50,001 nucleotides of DNA from Staphylococcus phage phiSabovST1. Every line of letters begins with the position of its first letter. The first letter of the stretch is position 1. Shown piece by piece: positions 8,703 through 17,342 of this stretch. The stretch is taken from the sequence record PQ281812.1; one strand, 5' to 3'. The notes below the pieces were generated by a model. That model was not told the origin of the DNA. It did no database searches and worked only from the letters and a program-made list of their open reading frames with translations. The position numbers and the translations under genes are program-made.

Positions 8703-8963
8703 ATGTATTACGAAATAGGCGAAATCATACGCAAAAACATTCATGTTAACGGATTCGATTTTAAGCTATTCATTTTAAAAGGTCATATGGGCATATCAAT
8801 ACAAGTTAAAGATATGAACAACGTACCAATTAAACATGCTTATGTCGTAGATGAGAATGACTTAGATATGGCATCAGAATTATTCAACCAAGCAATAGAT
8901 GAATGGATTGAAGAGAACACAGACGAGCAAGACAGACTAATTAACTTAGTCATGAAATGGTAG
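8703..8963 (+). CDS. hypothetical protein (86 aa)
   Basis: ORF with SD GGAGGAAG. Confidence 0.55.
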   Translation: MYYEIGEIIRKNIHVNGFDFKLFILKGHMGISIQVKDMNNVPIKHAYVVDENDLDMASELFNQAIDEWIEENTDEQDRLINLVMKW

Positions 8964-8977
8964 AGGGGGATTAACTA

Positions 8978-9457
8978 ATGGCTAATCTATATGAGCTATC
9001 AGAAGCATTTAAAGAGATGTCTAATCAAGATGAATTAGATCCAACATTACTAAAAGATACATTAGATTCTATCAAAGCAGAAATGAACGTCAAAGTAGAT
9101 AACATTGTCAATTGGAGACGTGAAACTTTAGGTGACATAGATGTCATAGATAAAGAAATTAAGAGACTTCAAAATTTAAAAAAACAAAAACAAAATTTAA
9201 CTGATCGTTTAAGAGATTACTTAAAAGAGATGTTAGAAACACAGGAAGTAGATAGTTACCGCACAGCTACTAATCATATTTACAAGCGCAAAAACGGGGC
9301 TAGTAAAAATATTATCGATGAAAAACTTATTCCAAAGGATTATTGGCTATCACAAGCCCCGAAACTTAATTCTAAGCAACTAATCGATGATTTGAAAGAT
9401 GGGAAAGATATTCCTGGCGTTGAATTAAAGGTAACAGAAAGCCTGGTGATTAAGTGA
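8978..9457 (+). CDS. Gp157-like siphovirus early protein
   Basis: 159 aa coiled-coil protein immediately upstream of the ERF recombinase, the typical position for Sipho_Gp157-family proteins. Confidence 0.5.
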   Translation: MANLYELSEAFKEMSNQDELDPTLLKDTLDSIKAEMNVKVDNIVNWRRETLGDIDVIDKEIKRLQNLKKQKQNLTDRLRDYLKEMLETQEVDSYRTATNHIYKRKNGASKNIIDEKLIPKDYWLSQAPKLNSKQLIDDLKDGKDIPGVELKVTESLVIK

Positions 9458-10095
9458 TGAATAAATCAGAAACAGTTGTAGAAATAAACAAAGCTATGGT
9501 TGCGTTTCGTAAAGAAGTAAAACAACCGCTCAAAGATAAAAATAATCCATTTTTCAAATCAAAATACGTACCTCTTGAGAACGTTGTAGAAGCCATTGAC
9601 GAGGCGGCAACACCTCATGGACTGTCTTATACTCAATGGGCTTTGAACGATGTAGACGGGCGCGTAGGAGTCGCTACAATGCTTATGCATGAAAGCGGTG
9701 AATATATCGAGTATGATCCTGTATTTATGAATGCAGAAAAGAATACGCCACAAGGAGCAGGCTCGTTAATAAGTTATCTTAAACGTTATTCGCTATCTGC
9801 GATTTTCGGTATTACTAGTGACCAAGACGATGACGGAAATGAAGCAAGTGGAAAAAATAATAATCCAAAACAGCAAACTAGAACGCAATGGGCAAGTAGC
9901 GAAACTATAGGGATTTTAAGGAAAGAGGTTATAAGTTTCACTAAATTGATAAAGGGCACGGATAAAGAAGCTCCACAAAATATAGTAGAACAAAAATTCG
10001 ACATAAATAACTATAAATTAACAGAAAAACAAGCAGCAGAAGCTATTCAAAAAATACGAAACAACGCAAAAACAATTACTGGAGGAAAACAATAA
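9454..10095 (+). CDS. erf: ERF-family single-strand annealing recombinase
   Basis: 213 aa. ...[19 protein letters not shown]...[16 protein letters not shown]...[16 protein letters not shown]... matches the ERF superfamily. Followed by SSB. Confidence 0.8.
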   Translation: MMNKSETVVEINKAMVAFRKEVKQPLKDKNNPFFKSKYVPLENVVEAIDEAATPHGLSYTQWALNDVDGRVGVATMLMHESGEYIEYDPVFMNAEKNTPQGAGSLISYLKRYSLSAIFGITSDQDDDGNEASGKNNNPKQQTRTQWASSETIGILRKEVISFTKLIKGTDKEAPQNIVEQKFDINNYKLTEKQAAEAIQKIRNNAKTITGGKQ

Positions 10096-10523
10096 TGTTA
10101 AACAGAACAGTATTAGTAGGACGCTTAACAAAAGATCCAGAATATAGAACAACGCCGAATGGTGTGAGTGTTACCACTTTCACTATCGCAGTTAACAGAA
10201 CATTTACTAACGCTCAAGGAGAACGTGAGGCAGACTTTATTAACTGTGTAACTTTTAGAAAACAAGCAGAAAATGTAAATAATTATTTATTCAAAGGGTC
10301 ATTGGCTGGCGTTGATGGACGTTTACAATCACGCAGTTATGAAAACAAAGACGGGCAACGTGTGTTTGTTACAGAAGTAGTAGCGGACAGTGTTCAATTC
10401 TTAGAACCGAAGAATAACAACCAACAACAAAACAACAATTATCATCAACAAAGACAAACTCAAACTGGTAATAATCCTTTTGATAATACCACTGCGATTA
10501 CTGATGATGACCTCCCGTTCTGA
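10095..10523 (+). CDS. ssb: single-stranded DNA-binding protein
   Basis: OB-fold N-terminus [23 protein letters not shown]..., Q/N-rich linker and acidic C-terminal DDDLPF tail. Confidence 0.95.
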   Translation: MLNRTVLVGRLTKDPEYRTTPNGVSVTTFTIAVNRTFTNAQGEREADFINCVTFRKQAENVNNYLFKGSLAGVDGRLQSRSYENKDGQRVFVTEVVADSVQFLEPKNNNQQQNNNYHQQRQTQTGNNPFDNTTAITDDDLPF

Positions 10524-10536
10524 TTGGAATGATTAG

Positions 10537-11232
10537 ATGCCAATAATTACTAGTTATATCACTCAAGACGACGGCACAACAACAGTTGTCATCTCGGGTG
10601 TTGAATTAGGCAATAAAGAAACATTACTACTTGATAACGGATTTGATGTGGAAGTAGATGTAAACGTTATAGATCCGTTTCAAATTACTGGACAACAACG
10701 TAAATTGATATTCGCATTGTGTAACGATATAGAAGCTCATACAGGACAGCCTCGAGATTATATGAGACAAATGTTCCAAGATTATGTGAAGTTTCTGTAT
10801 GGCTATGAAGAACGCATATCTTTATCAAATTGTTCTCGAACTATAGCTAAGCAAATTATAGAAGCGATGTTTGAGTGGATTTTTACAAATGCGATTCCAT
10901 TAAATTATAAAACAAGCAAATTGATGAAAGAAGATAAAAATTATCTTTATTGGGCAACTGTTACGCGTCATTGCATTATATGCGGAAAGCCTCACGCTGA
11001 CCTAGCGCATTATGAAGCAGTCGGCAGAGGCATGAACAGAAATAAGATGAATCACTATGACAAACATGTATTAGCGTTATGTCGCGAACATCATAACCAG
11101 CAACACGCGATGGGCGTTAAGTCATTTGATGATAAATATCAATTGCATGACTCGTGGATAAAAGTTGATGAGAGGCTCAACGAAATGCTGAAAGGAGAAA
11201 ACAATGGGAGAAGTATCGTGGATAAAACTTAA
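10537..11232 (+). CDS. hypothetical protein with C-terminal HNH-like Cys/His cluster
   Basis: 231 aa. C-terminal CIICGKPHADLAHYEAVGRG...HVLALCREHHNQQH is an HNH-like nuclease motif. Confidence 0.5.
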   Translation: MPIITSYITQDDGTTTVVISGVELGNKETLLLDNGFDVEVDVNVIDPFQITGQQRKLIFALCNDIEAHTGQPRDYMRQMFQDYVKFLYGYEERISLSNCSRTIAKQIIEAMFEWIFTNAIPLNYKTSKLMKEDKNYLYWATVTRHCIICGKPHADLAHYEAVGRGMNRNKMNHYDKHVLALCREHHNQQHAMGVKSFDDKYQLHDSWIKVDERLNEMLKGENNGRSIVDKT

Positions 11233-12007
11233 AGTTGGCATGTTTGATGACAGCAAAATCAAATATATCGAAGCTTTACCCGAAAGAGATACGATCATAA
11301 CCATTTGGGTTAAGTTGCTAACTTTATCAGGAAAGTACAACGAACAAGGTTACATTATGCTATCTGAAAATTTGCCGTACAACGAAGAAATGTTAGCAAA
11401 TGAGTTTAGCCGACCTATCAACTCAATAAGGTTAGCAATTCAAACTTTTGAGACATTGGGCATGATTGAAAAAGTTAATGGTGTCATAAAAGTGACAAAC
11501 TGGGAAAAGCACCAAAACATCGAAGGACTCGAGAAAATCAGGGCGCAGAACAGGTTGAGGAAACAAAAGCAACGAGAAAACAACAGAAAATTGCTAAATG
11601 GTCACGTGACGTCACGTGACAGTCACGCAACAGAAGAAGATAAAGAATTAGATAAAGAATTAGAAAGAGATAAAGAAAAAGATATAGATAAGAACTTAAG
11701 TTCAAATAATAGCGCAACTGACGTTACGCATGAGCAATTTGAGGAATGGTGGAAACTTTACAACAAGAAAAAAGATAAGAAGATGTCTTTCGCTAAATTC
11801 AAATCATGCTTAAAGAAACATACTTTTGAGCAAATCATGCAAGGTACTCGAGAATATTTAAAAACTATTACAGACAAACAATATCAAAAGTACCCTAAAA
11901 CGTTTTTAACTAACGAAAGCTATATGAATGATTATAGCGAAGAGATTAAAGAAACTGGCATAGATCAATTGGAACGTATGAAGTACGACGAAAGTTATTG
12001 GGACTAG
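11204..12007 (+). CDS. phage replisome organizer (DnaD-like N-terminal domain) / replication initiation protein
   Basis: The N-terminal domain ...WIKLKVGMFDDSKIKYIEALPERDTIITIWVKLLTLSGK... matches the phage_rep_org_N family. It contains internal GTCACGTGAC iterons. Confidence 0.8.
   Translation: MGEVSWIKLKVGMFDDSKIKYIEALPERDTIITIWVKLLTLSGKYNEQGYIMLSENLPYNEEMLANEFSRPINSIRLAIQTFETLGMIEKVNGVIKVTNWEKHQNIEGLEKIRAQNRLRKQKQRENNRKLLNGHVTSRDSHATEEDKELDKELERDKEKDIDKNLSSNNSATDVTHEQFEEWWKLYNKKKDKKMSFAKFKSCLKKHTFEQIMQGTREYLKTITDKQYQKYPKTFLTNESYMNDYSEEIKETGIDQLERMKYDESYWD
11596..11627. repeat. palindromic iterons GTCACGTGAC x2.5 (candidate phage origin inside the replisome-organizer gene)
   Basis: GGTCACGTGACGTCACGTGACAGTCACG read directly. 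The unit is self-complementary. Confidence 0.6.
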
Positions 12008-12016
12008 GAGGATCTT

Positions 12017-12790
12017 ATGAAACCGTTATTCAACGAAAAAATAAACGAAAGTTTAAAAAAGTATCAACCAATCGAAGTAATACTAAGACAGAATTGCGAT
12101 AAATGTGGGCGTCAATACGACTTATATAAGTTTGAAAATGGATATGAATACAAAGACGGTTGCGAATGCGAAATTCAAAGATTGGCTTATGAAGAATACA
12201 AAAGGAATAAACAAAAGAAACTTGATTATATTTTCAATCAATCAAATGTTAATCCGTCATTAAGAGATGCAACAGTCAACAACTATAAGCCACAAAATGA
12301 AAAACAAGTACAAGCTAAACAAACAGCAATAGAGTACGTACAAGGCTTCTCTACAAAAGAACCAAAATCATTAATATTGCAAGGTTCATATGGAACTGGT
12401 AAAAGCCACCTAGCATACGCTATAGCAAAAGCAGTCAAAGCTAAAGGGCATACAGTTGCTTTTATGCATATACCAATGTTGATGGATCGTATCAAAGCGA
12501 CATACAACAAAAATGCAGTTGAAACTACAGACGAGCTAGTCAGATTGCTAAGTGATATTGATTTACTTGTACTAGATGATATGGGTGTAGAAAACACAGA
12601 ACACACTTTAAATAAACTTTTTAGCATTGTTGATAACAGAGTAGGTAAAAACAACATCTTTACAACTAACTTTAGTGATAAAGAACTAAATCAAAATATG
12701 AACTGGCAACGTATCAATTCAAGAATGAAACACAATGCAAGAAAAGTAAGAGTAATCGGAGACGATTTCAGGGAGCGAGATGCATGGTAA
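12017..12790 (+). CDS. DnaC/IstB-like helicase loader ATPase
   Basis: Walker A LQGSYGTGKSHLAYAIA and Walker B LLVLDDMG. N-terminal zinc-finger-like CDKCG...CEC. Confidence 0.85.
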   Translation: MKPLFNEKINESLKKYQPIEVILRQNCDKCGRQYDLYKFENGYEYKDGCECEIQRLAYEEYKRNKQKKLDYIFNQSNVNPSLRDATVNNYKPQNEKQVQAKQTAIEYVQGFSTKEPKSLILQGSYGTGKSHLAYAIAKAVKAKGHTVAFMHIPMLMDRIKATYNKNAVETTDELVRLLSDIDLLVLDDMGVENTEHTLNKLFSIVDNRVGKNNIFTTNFSDKELNQNMNWQRINSRMKHNARKVRVIGDDFRERDAW

Positions 12791-12945
12791 TAACAAAACA
12801 AAATATAAAAGAAATATTACATTGTAGAGATGTATATGCTCAAAAGATGATTGATTTTGCAAACGGAGGCCAAGAGAAACTTAAAAAACTTATTGATGAT
12901 AAGTTGAAAGAAAAAGAAGAAAGATCCGCTATCGTCGAATATTAA
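12784..12945 (+). CDS. hypothetical small protein (53 aa)
   Basis: Hand translation MVITKQNIKEILHCRDVYAQKMIDFANGGQEKLKKLIDDKLKEKEERSAIVEY. GGGAGCGAGA upstream. Confidence 0.35.
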   Translation: MVITKQNIKEILHCRDVYAQKMIDFANGGQEKLKKLIDDKLKEKEERSAIVEY

Positions 12946-12957
12946 GGAGTGTTAAAA

Positions 12958-13179
12958 ATGCCGAAAGAAAAATATTACTTATACCGAGAAGATGGCACGG
13001 AAGATATTAAGGTCATCAAGTATAAAGACAACGTAAATGAAGTTTATTCGCTCACAGGAGCCCATTTCAGCGACGAAAAGAAAATCATGACTGATAGTGA
13101 CCTAAAACGATTCAAAGGCGCTCACGGACTTCTATATGAGCAAGAGCTAGGTTTACAAGCAACGATATTTGATATTTAG
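12958..13179 (+). CDS. hypothetical protein (73 aa)
   Basis: ATG 12958 after SD AAGGAGTG. Confidence 0.5.
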   Translation: MPKEKYYLYREDGTEDIKVIKYKDNVNEVYSLTGAHFSDEKKIMTDSDLKRFKGAHGLLYEQELGLQATIFDI

Positions 13180-13189
13180 AGGTGGCACA

Positions 13190-13594
13190 ATGAGTAAATA
13201 CAACGCTAAGAAAGTTGAGTACAAAGGAATTGTATTTGATAGCAAAGTAGAGTGCGAATATTACCAATATTTAGAAAGTAATATGAATGGCATTAATTAT
13301 GATCATATCGAAATACAACCGAAATTTGAATTATTACCAAAATTAGATAAACAACGAAAGATTGAATATATTGCAGACTTCGCGTTATATCTCGATGGCA
13401 AACTGATTGAAGTTATCGACATTAAAGGTATGCCAACTGAAGTAGCAAAACTTAAAGCAAAGATTTTTAGACATAAATACAGAAACATAAAACTCAATTG
13501 GATATGTAAAGCACCTAAGTATACAGGCAAAACATGGATTACGTATGAGGAATTAATTAAAGCAAGACGAGAACGCAAAAGAGAAATGAAGTGA
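13190..13594 (+). CDS. DUF1064-like protein (PD-(D/E)xK-type nuclease fold candidate)
   Basis: 134 aa. ...IEYIADFALYLDGKLIEVIDIKG... has a D...(D/E)xK arrangement. Common in Staphylococcus siphovirus replication modules. Confidence 0.5.
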   Translation: MSKYNAKKVEYKGIVFDSKVECEYYQYLESNMNGINYDHIEIQPKFELLPKLDKQRKIEYIADFALYLDGKLIEVIDIKGMPTEVAKLKAKIFRHKYRNIKLNWICKAPKYTGKTWITYEELIKARRERKREMK

Positions 13595-13598
13595 TTTA

Positions 13599-13784
13599 AT
13601 GCAACAACAAGCATATATAAACGCAACGATTGATATAAGAATACCTACAGAAGTTGAATATCAGCATTTTGATGATGTGGATAACGAAAAAGATGCGCTG
13701 GCAAAGCGTTTAGATGACAATCTGGATGAATTACTAAAGTATGACAACATAACAATAAGACGTGCATATATAGAGGTGGAATAA
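13599..13784 (+). CDS. hypothetical protein (61 aa)
   Basis: ORF track; tightly packed operon. Confidence 0.45.
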   Translation: MQQQAYINATIDIRIPTEVEYQHFDDVDNEKDALAKRLDDNLDELLKYDNITIRRAYIEVE

Positions 13785-14042
13785 ATGAAGCTGAACGAAG
13801 TATTCGCAACTAATTTAAGAGTAATCATGGCTAGAGATAACGTAAGTGTTCAAGATTTGCACAACGAAACTGGCGTATCAAGATCAACTATTAGTGGATA
13901 TAAAAACGGAAAAGCTGAGATGGTTAACTTAAATGTATTAGATAAATTGGCAGATGCTCTAGGTGTTAATGTAAGTGAACTATTTACTAGAAATCACAAC
14001 ACACACAAATTAGAGGATTGGATTAAAACAGTAAATGTATAG
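13785..14042 (+). CDS. XRE-family HTH transcriptional regulator
   Basis: ...LHNETGVSRSTISGYKNGKAEMVNLNVLDKLADALGV... is a canonical HTH_XRE. Confidence 0.7.
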   Translation: MKLNEVFATNLRVIMARDNVSVQDLHNETGVSRSTISGYKNGKAEMVNLNVLDKLADALGVNVSELFTRNHNTHKLEDWIKTVNV

Positions 14043-14053
14043 AGGTGGAATAA

Positions 14054-14188
14054 ATGGCGAAAACAGCAAGAATTGTAAGGATACATGATAAACCGTATAG
14101 GTTCAGTGAATTTGAAATGGAGTTAATTGAAAGTCACGGTATAACACCCGGGATGGTTTCTAAAAGAGTAAAAGACGGTTGGTAACTA
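14054..14188 (+). CDS. hypothetical small protein (44 aa)
   Basis: SD AGAGGTGGAATAA before ATG. MAKTARIVRIHDKPYRFSEFEMELIESHGITPGMVSKRVKDGW. Confidence 0.35.
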
Positions 14189-14197
14189 CATGAAGCA

Positions 14198-14425
14198 ATG
14201 GACGCACCAGAAGGCATGCGTTTAAGCGAGTACAGAGAAAAGAAAACAATAGAAAGACTGGAACAAGCTAGACTCGAACGCAAATTGGAAAGACAGCGAA
14301 AGAAAGAGGCTGAGCTAAGAAGAAAGAAGCCACATTTGTTTAATGTACCTCAAAAACATTCACGTGATCCGTACTGGTTCGATATTACTTATAACCAAAT
14401 GTTTAAGAAATGGCAGGAAGCATAA
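14198..14425 (+). CDS. hypothetical protein (75 aa, basic/coiled-coil)
   Basis: ORF track. Confidence 0.5.
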   Translation: MDAPEGMRLSEYREKKTIERLEQARLERKLERQRKKEAELRRKKPHLFNVPQKHSRDPYWFDITYNQMFKKWQEA

Positions 14426-14674
14426 ATGCCAAAAACTGATAGCGCATGTAAAGAATACTTAAACCAATTTTTCGGATCTAAGAGATATCTGTATCAGGAT
14501 AACGAACGAGTTGCACATATCCATGTAGTAAACGGCACTTATTACTTTCATGGGCATATCGTGCCAGGTTGGCAAGGCGTGAAAAAGACATTTGATACAG
14601 CGGAAGAGCTCGAAATATATATAAAGCAGCATGGTTTGGAATACGAGGAACAGAAGCAACTAACTTTATTTTAG
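14426..14674 (+). CDS. hypothetical protein (82 aa)
   Basis: ORF track; ATG overlaps the previous stop. Confidence 0.5.
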   Translation: MPKTDSACKEYLNQFFGSKRYLYQDNERVAHIHVVNGTYYFHGHIVPGWQGVKKTFDTAEELEIYIKQHGLEYEEQKQLTLF

Positions 14675-14682
14675 AGGAGGTT

Positions 14683-14973
14683 ATGAAAGTGAACTATGAA
14701 ACAGGGTTCCAAATAGGTGTAATGGAAGCTAGGTTGAAGAAGATGAGAAAACAACGAGATGAGTATAAGAAGCAACAAGATGAGCTTATCGTGGATATAG
14801 CGAAGTTACGAGAACGTAACAAAGAGTTGGAGAAGAAAGCAAGTGCATGGGATAGGTATTGCAAGAGCGTTGAAAAAGATTTAATAAACGAATTTGGCAA
14901 CGATGATGAAAGAGTTAAATTTGGAATGGAATTAAACAATAAAATTTTTATGGAGGATGACACAAATGGATAA
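14683..14973 (+). CDS. hypothetical coiled-coil protein (96 aa)
   Basis: SD AGAGGAGG upstream. Confidence 0.5.
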   Translation: MKVNYETGFQIGVMEARLKKMRKQRDEYKKQQDELIVDIAKLRERNKELEKKASAWDRYCKSVEKDLINEFGNDDERVKFGMELNNKIFMEDDTNG

Positions 14974-15214
14974 CCGTGAACAAATAGAACAGTCCGTTAT
15001 AAGTGCTAGTGCGTATAACGGTAATGACACAGAGGGATTGCTAAAAGAGATTGAGGACGTGTATAAGAAAGCACAAGCGTTTGATGAAATACTTGATGGA
15101 ATGACAAATGCTATTCAACATTCAGTTAAAGAAGGTATTGAACTTGATGAAGCAGTAGGGATTATGGCAGGTCAAGTTGTCTATAAATATGAGGAGGAAC
15201 AGGGAAATGACTAA
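14957..15214 (+). CDS. hypothetical protein (85 aa)
   Basis: ORF track. Confidence 0.45.
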   Translation: MTQMDNREQIEQSVISASAYNGNDTEGLLKEIEDVYKKAQAFDEILDGMTNAIQHSVKEGIELDEAVGIMAGQVVYKYEEEQGND

Positions 15215-15719
15215 CATCCTACAAGTGAAACTATTATCAAAAGACGCTAGAATGCCCGAACGAAATCATAAGACAGATGCAGGTTATGACATATTCTCAG
15301 CTGAAACTGTCGTACTTGAGCCACAAGAAAAGGCAGTGATCAAAACAGATGTAGCTGTAAGCATTCCAGAGGGCTATGTCGGGTTATTAACTAGCCGTAG
15401 TGGTGTAAGTAGTAAAACGCATTTAGTGATTGAAACAGGCAAGATAGATGCGGGATATCATGGTAATTTAGGGATTAATATCAAGAATGACCATGAAGAT
15501 GACAAAATGCAAACTATCTTTTTAAGAGATATTGATAACGAAAAAATTTTCGAAAAAGAACGTCATTTATATAAGCTAGGTAGTTACCGTATCGAAAAAG
15601 GAGAACGTATAGCACAGTTAGTTATTGTACCTATCTTTACGCCCGAACTAAAGCAAGTGAAGGAATTCGAGAGTGTTTCAGAACGTGGAGAAAAAGGCTT
15701 CGGAAGTAGCGGAGTGTAA
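15207..15719 (+). CDS. dut: trimeric dUTPase with phage-specific insertion (80alpha/phi11-type Dut)
   Basis: ATG 15207 after GAGGAGGA. dUTPase motifs AGYDIFS, LLTSRSGVS and GKIDAGYHGNLG, plus an inserted divergent segment KNDHEDDKMQTIFLRDIDNEKIFEKERHLYKLGSYRIEKGER before the final motif GFGSSG. Confidence 0.9.
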   Translation: MTNILQVKLLSKDARMPERNHKTDAGYDIFSAETVVLEPQEKAVIKTDVAVSIPEGYVGLLTSRSGVSSKTHLVIETGKIDAGYHGNLGINIKNDHEDDKMQTIFLRDIDNEKIFEKERHLYKLGSYRIEKGERIAQLVIVPIFTPELKQVKEFESVSERGEKGFGSSGV

Positions 15720-15755
15720 AGACATATTAGATAAGGTCAAGGAGGTTTTGGGGAA

Positions 15756-15998
15756 GTGAGTATAACAATATTACTTTTGATAGTTTTGGGTTATATGATT
15801 TTCGATATTTTAATCGAGGGATATTTAAAAGCTAATAACGCTAATCGTGCAGATATGTATAAGTGGGGGGCGATTATAATTCTTGCTATAACACTTGGTT
15901 TTGCAGATGCGTACGACAAAATGGCTATTTTAGTTCTGTTATTAGCAATAAGTTTCGTAGAAAAACTTAAGCGAGTTCAAAGGAGTGATAAGAAGTGA
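15756..15998 (+). CDS. small membrane protein (80 aa, 2 TM)
   Basis: GTG start after AAGGAGG; hydrophobic. Confidence 0.5.
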   Translation: MSITILLLIVLGYMIFDILIEGYLKANNANRADMYKWGAIIILAITLGFADAYDKMAILVLLLAISFVEKLKRVQRSDKK

Positions 15999-16192
15999 GT
16001 AAGAAGGAAATGTATTATGTTGTAGAGGTTAATAAAGGGATCTATTTATATAATAATTATGCAGGTGGATATGATTTTACTGACGACGTTAGACATGCGA
16101 GAAAATATTTGAATGCTAAAAACGCTAGTGATGTTGCCAGAAAATCAGGTGGAAAAGTAATGTATTACACAATTACACATGAGGTTAAATAA
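15995..16192 (+). CDS. hypothetical protein (65 aa)
   Basis: ORF track. Confidence 0.45.
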   Translation: MSKKEMYYVVEVNKGIYLYNNYAGGYDFTDDVRHARKYLNAKNASDVARKSGGKVMYYTITHEVK

Positions 16193-16398
16193 TGACACAA
16201 TACTTAGTTACAACATTCAAAGATTCAACAGGACGTAAACATACACACATAACTCGAGCTAAGAGCAATCAAAGGTTTACAGTTGTTGAGGCGGAGAGTA
16301 AAGAAGAAGCGAAAGAGAAGTGCGAGGCACAAGTTAAAAGAGAGGCAGTTATTAAATTAGGTCAGTTGTTTGAAAATATAAGGGAGTGTGGGAAATGA
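16192..16398 (+). CDS. hypothetical protein (68 aa)
   Basis: ORF track. Confidence 0.45.
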   Translation: MTQYLVTTFKDSTGRKHTHITRAKSNQRFTVVEAESKEEAKEKCEAQVKREAVIKLGQLFENIRECGK

Positions 16399-16544
16399 TT
16401 AAACAAATATTAAGACTATTATTCTTACTAGCAATGTATGAGCTAGGTAAGTATTTAACGGAGCAAGTATATATTATGATGACAGCTAATGATGATGTAG
16501 GGGCGCCGAGTGATTACGTTTTTCGAGCGGAGGTAAGTGAGTAG
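16395..16544 (+). CDS. hypothetical small membrane protein (49 aa)
   Basis: Hand translation MIKQILRLLFLLAMYELGKYLTEQVYIMMTANDDVGAPSDYVFRAEVSE. SD AGGGAGTG upstream. Confidence 0.35.
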   Translation: MIKQILRLLFLLAMYELGKYLTEQVYIMMTANDDVGAPSDYVFRAEVSE

Positions 16545-16744
16545 TGTGGATTACTATGACTATTGTATTTGCTATATTGCTATTAATTTGTATCAGTATT
16601 AATAGTGATCGTGCAAGAGAGATACAAGCACTCAGATATATGAATGATTATCTACTTGATGAAGTAGTTAAAACTAAAGGATACAACGGGTTAAAAGAAT
16701 ACAGGATTGAATTAAAGCGAATGAATAACGATATTAAAAAGTAA
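16544..16744 (+). CDS. small membrane protein (66 aa)
   Basis: ORF track; N-terminal TM helix. Confidence 0.45.
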   Translation: MWITMTIVFAILLLICISINSDRAREIQALRYMNDYLLDEVVKTKGYNGLKEYRIELKRMNNDIKK

Positions 16745-16766
16745 TTTATATTATCGGAGGTATTGC

Positions 16767-17228
16767 ATGTATAACAGGAAAGAAATACGTGAAATGATAG
16801 ATAACTACAAGTGGATGAAGAACATAATAGACAGTAAAGTCTACGATAACGAAAGTACATCAATTGCACAATATGGTTATCAATCTGCGATGCCAAAAGC
16901 TAAAGGCACGACTAGCAATAAAGTGTTAGTGAAAGTTATAAACAAAAACAAAGCGCTTAGAAAGTACGATTACTTGATTAAGAAGATAGCGTTCATTGAT
17001 GAATATGAAGAATACATCACGAATGAAAAAGATTATCATATTTTACAAATGTTAAAACAACGAGAAAGCCATAATAGGATCATGAGCATTCTTGATATAG
17101 GCAGAGACAATTTTTATTCTAGAGTAAAAGATATAGTAAATATACTTTATAACTTGCAACAAGAAACCGACAGTTCGGACACATCGTACAGTTCGGACAC
17201 ATCGTACAGTTCGGACACATCGTACTAA
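16767..17228 (+). CDS. late-gene transcriptional activator, ArpU-family (RinA-functional analogue) with C-terminal SSDTSY x3 repeat
   Basis: 153 aa. ...IREMIDNYKWMKN... and the sigma-70 region-4-like ...RIMSILDIGRDNFYSRVKDIV... match the ArpU family. It occupies the position immediately upstream of the packaging module. Confidence 0.65.
   Translation: MYNRKEIREMIDNYKWMKNIIDSKVYDNESTSIAQYGYQSAMPKAKGTTSNKVLVKVINKNKALRKYDYLIKKIAFIDEYEEYITNEKDYHILQMLKQRESHNRIMSILDIGRDNFYSRVKDIVNILYNLQQETDSSDTSYSSDTSYSSDTSY
17172..17225. repeat. perfect 18-bp tandem repeat CAGTTCGGACACATCGTA x3
   Basis: Read directly. It encodes (SSDTSY)x3 at the C-terminus of the ArpU-like gene. A 7-bp inverted repeat TGCTACA...TGTAGCA follows at 17236-17274. 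Confidence 0.9.
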
Positions 17229-17342
17229 TTTTGATGCTACATATTGTTTTTTATTATAATTGCTGTGTAGCAAAACATTTATATTTATTTTGAACTCTCA
17301 TATTAAGTGAGGGTTTTTATTTTTATAAACAAGAGGTGGAGA

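Noticed and set aside
12283-12657. 124-aa minus-strand ORF within the DnaC-like gene, plus similar antisense ORFs at 9559-10004, 19191-20520, 22939-23187, 25895-26176, 32465-32893, 34060-36580 and 46187-46405
   Set aside because: They are embedded antisense in confidently called genes, with no start signals. They are typical spurious ORFs in AT-rich DNA.
17172-17225. Possibility that the tandem repeat is a CRISPR array
   Set aside because: Only three directly abutting identical 18-bp units with no spacers, located inside a coding sequence, and with no cas genes.
16767-17228. Calling the late activator RinA
   Set aside because: The sequence does not resemble phi11 RinA as I recall it. Its motifs fit the ArpU family, which plays the same role in other staphylococcal phages.
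17052-17273. Minus-strand ORF encoding VRCVRTVRCVRTVRCVRTV
   Set aside because: It is the reverse-strand shadow of the 18-bp tandem repeat inside the ArpU-like gene. It has no RBS and low complexity.
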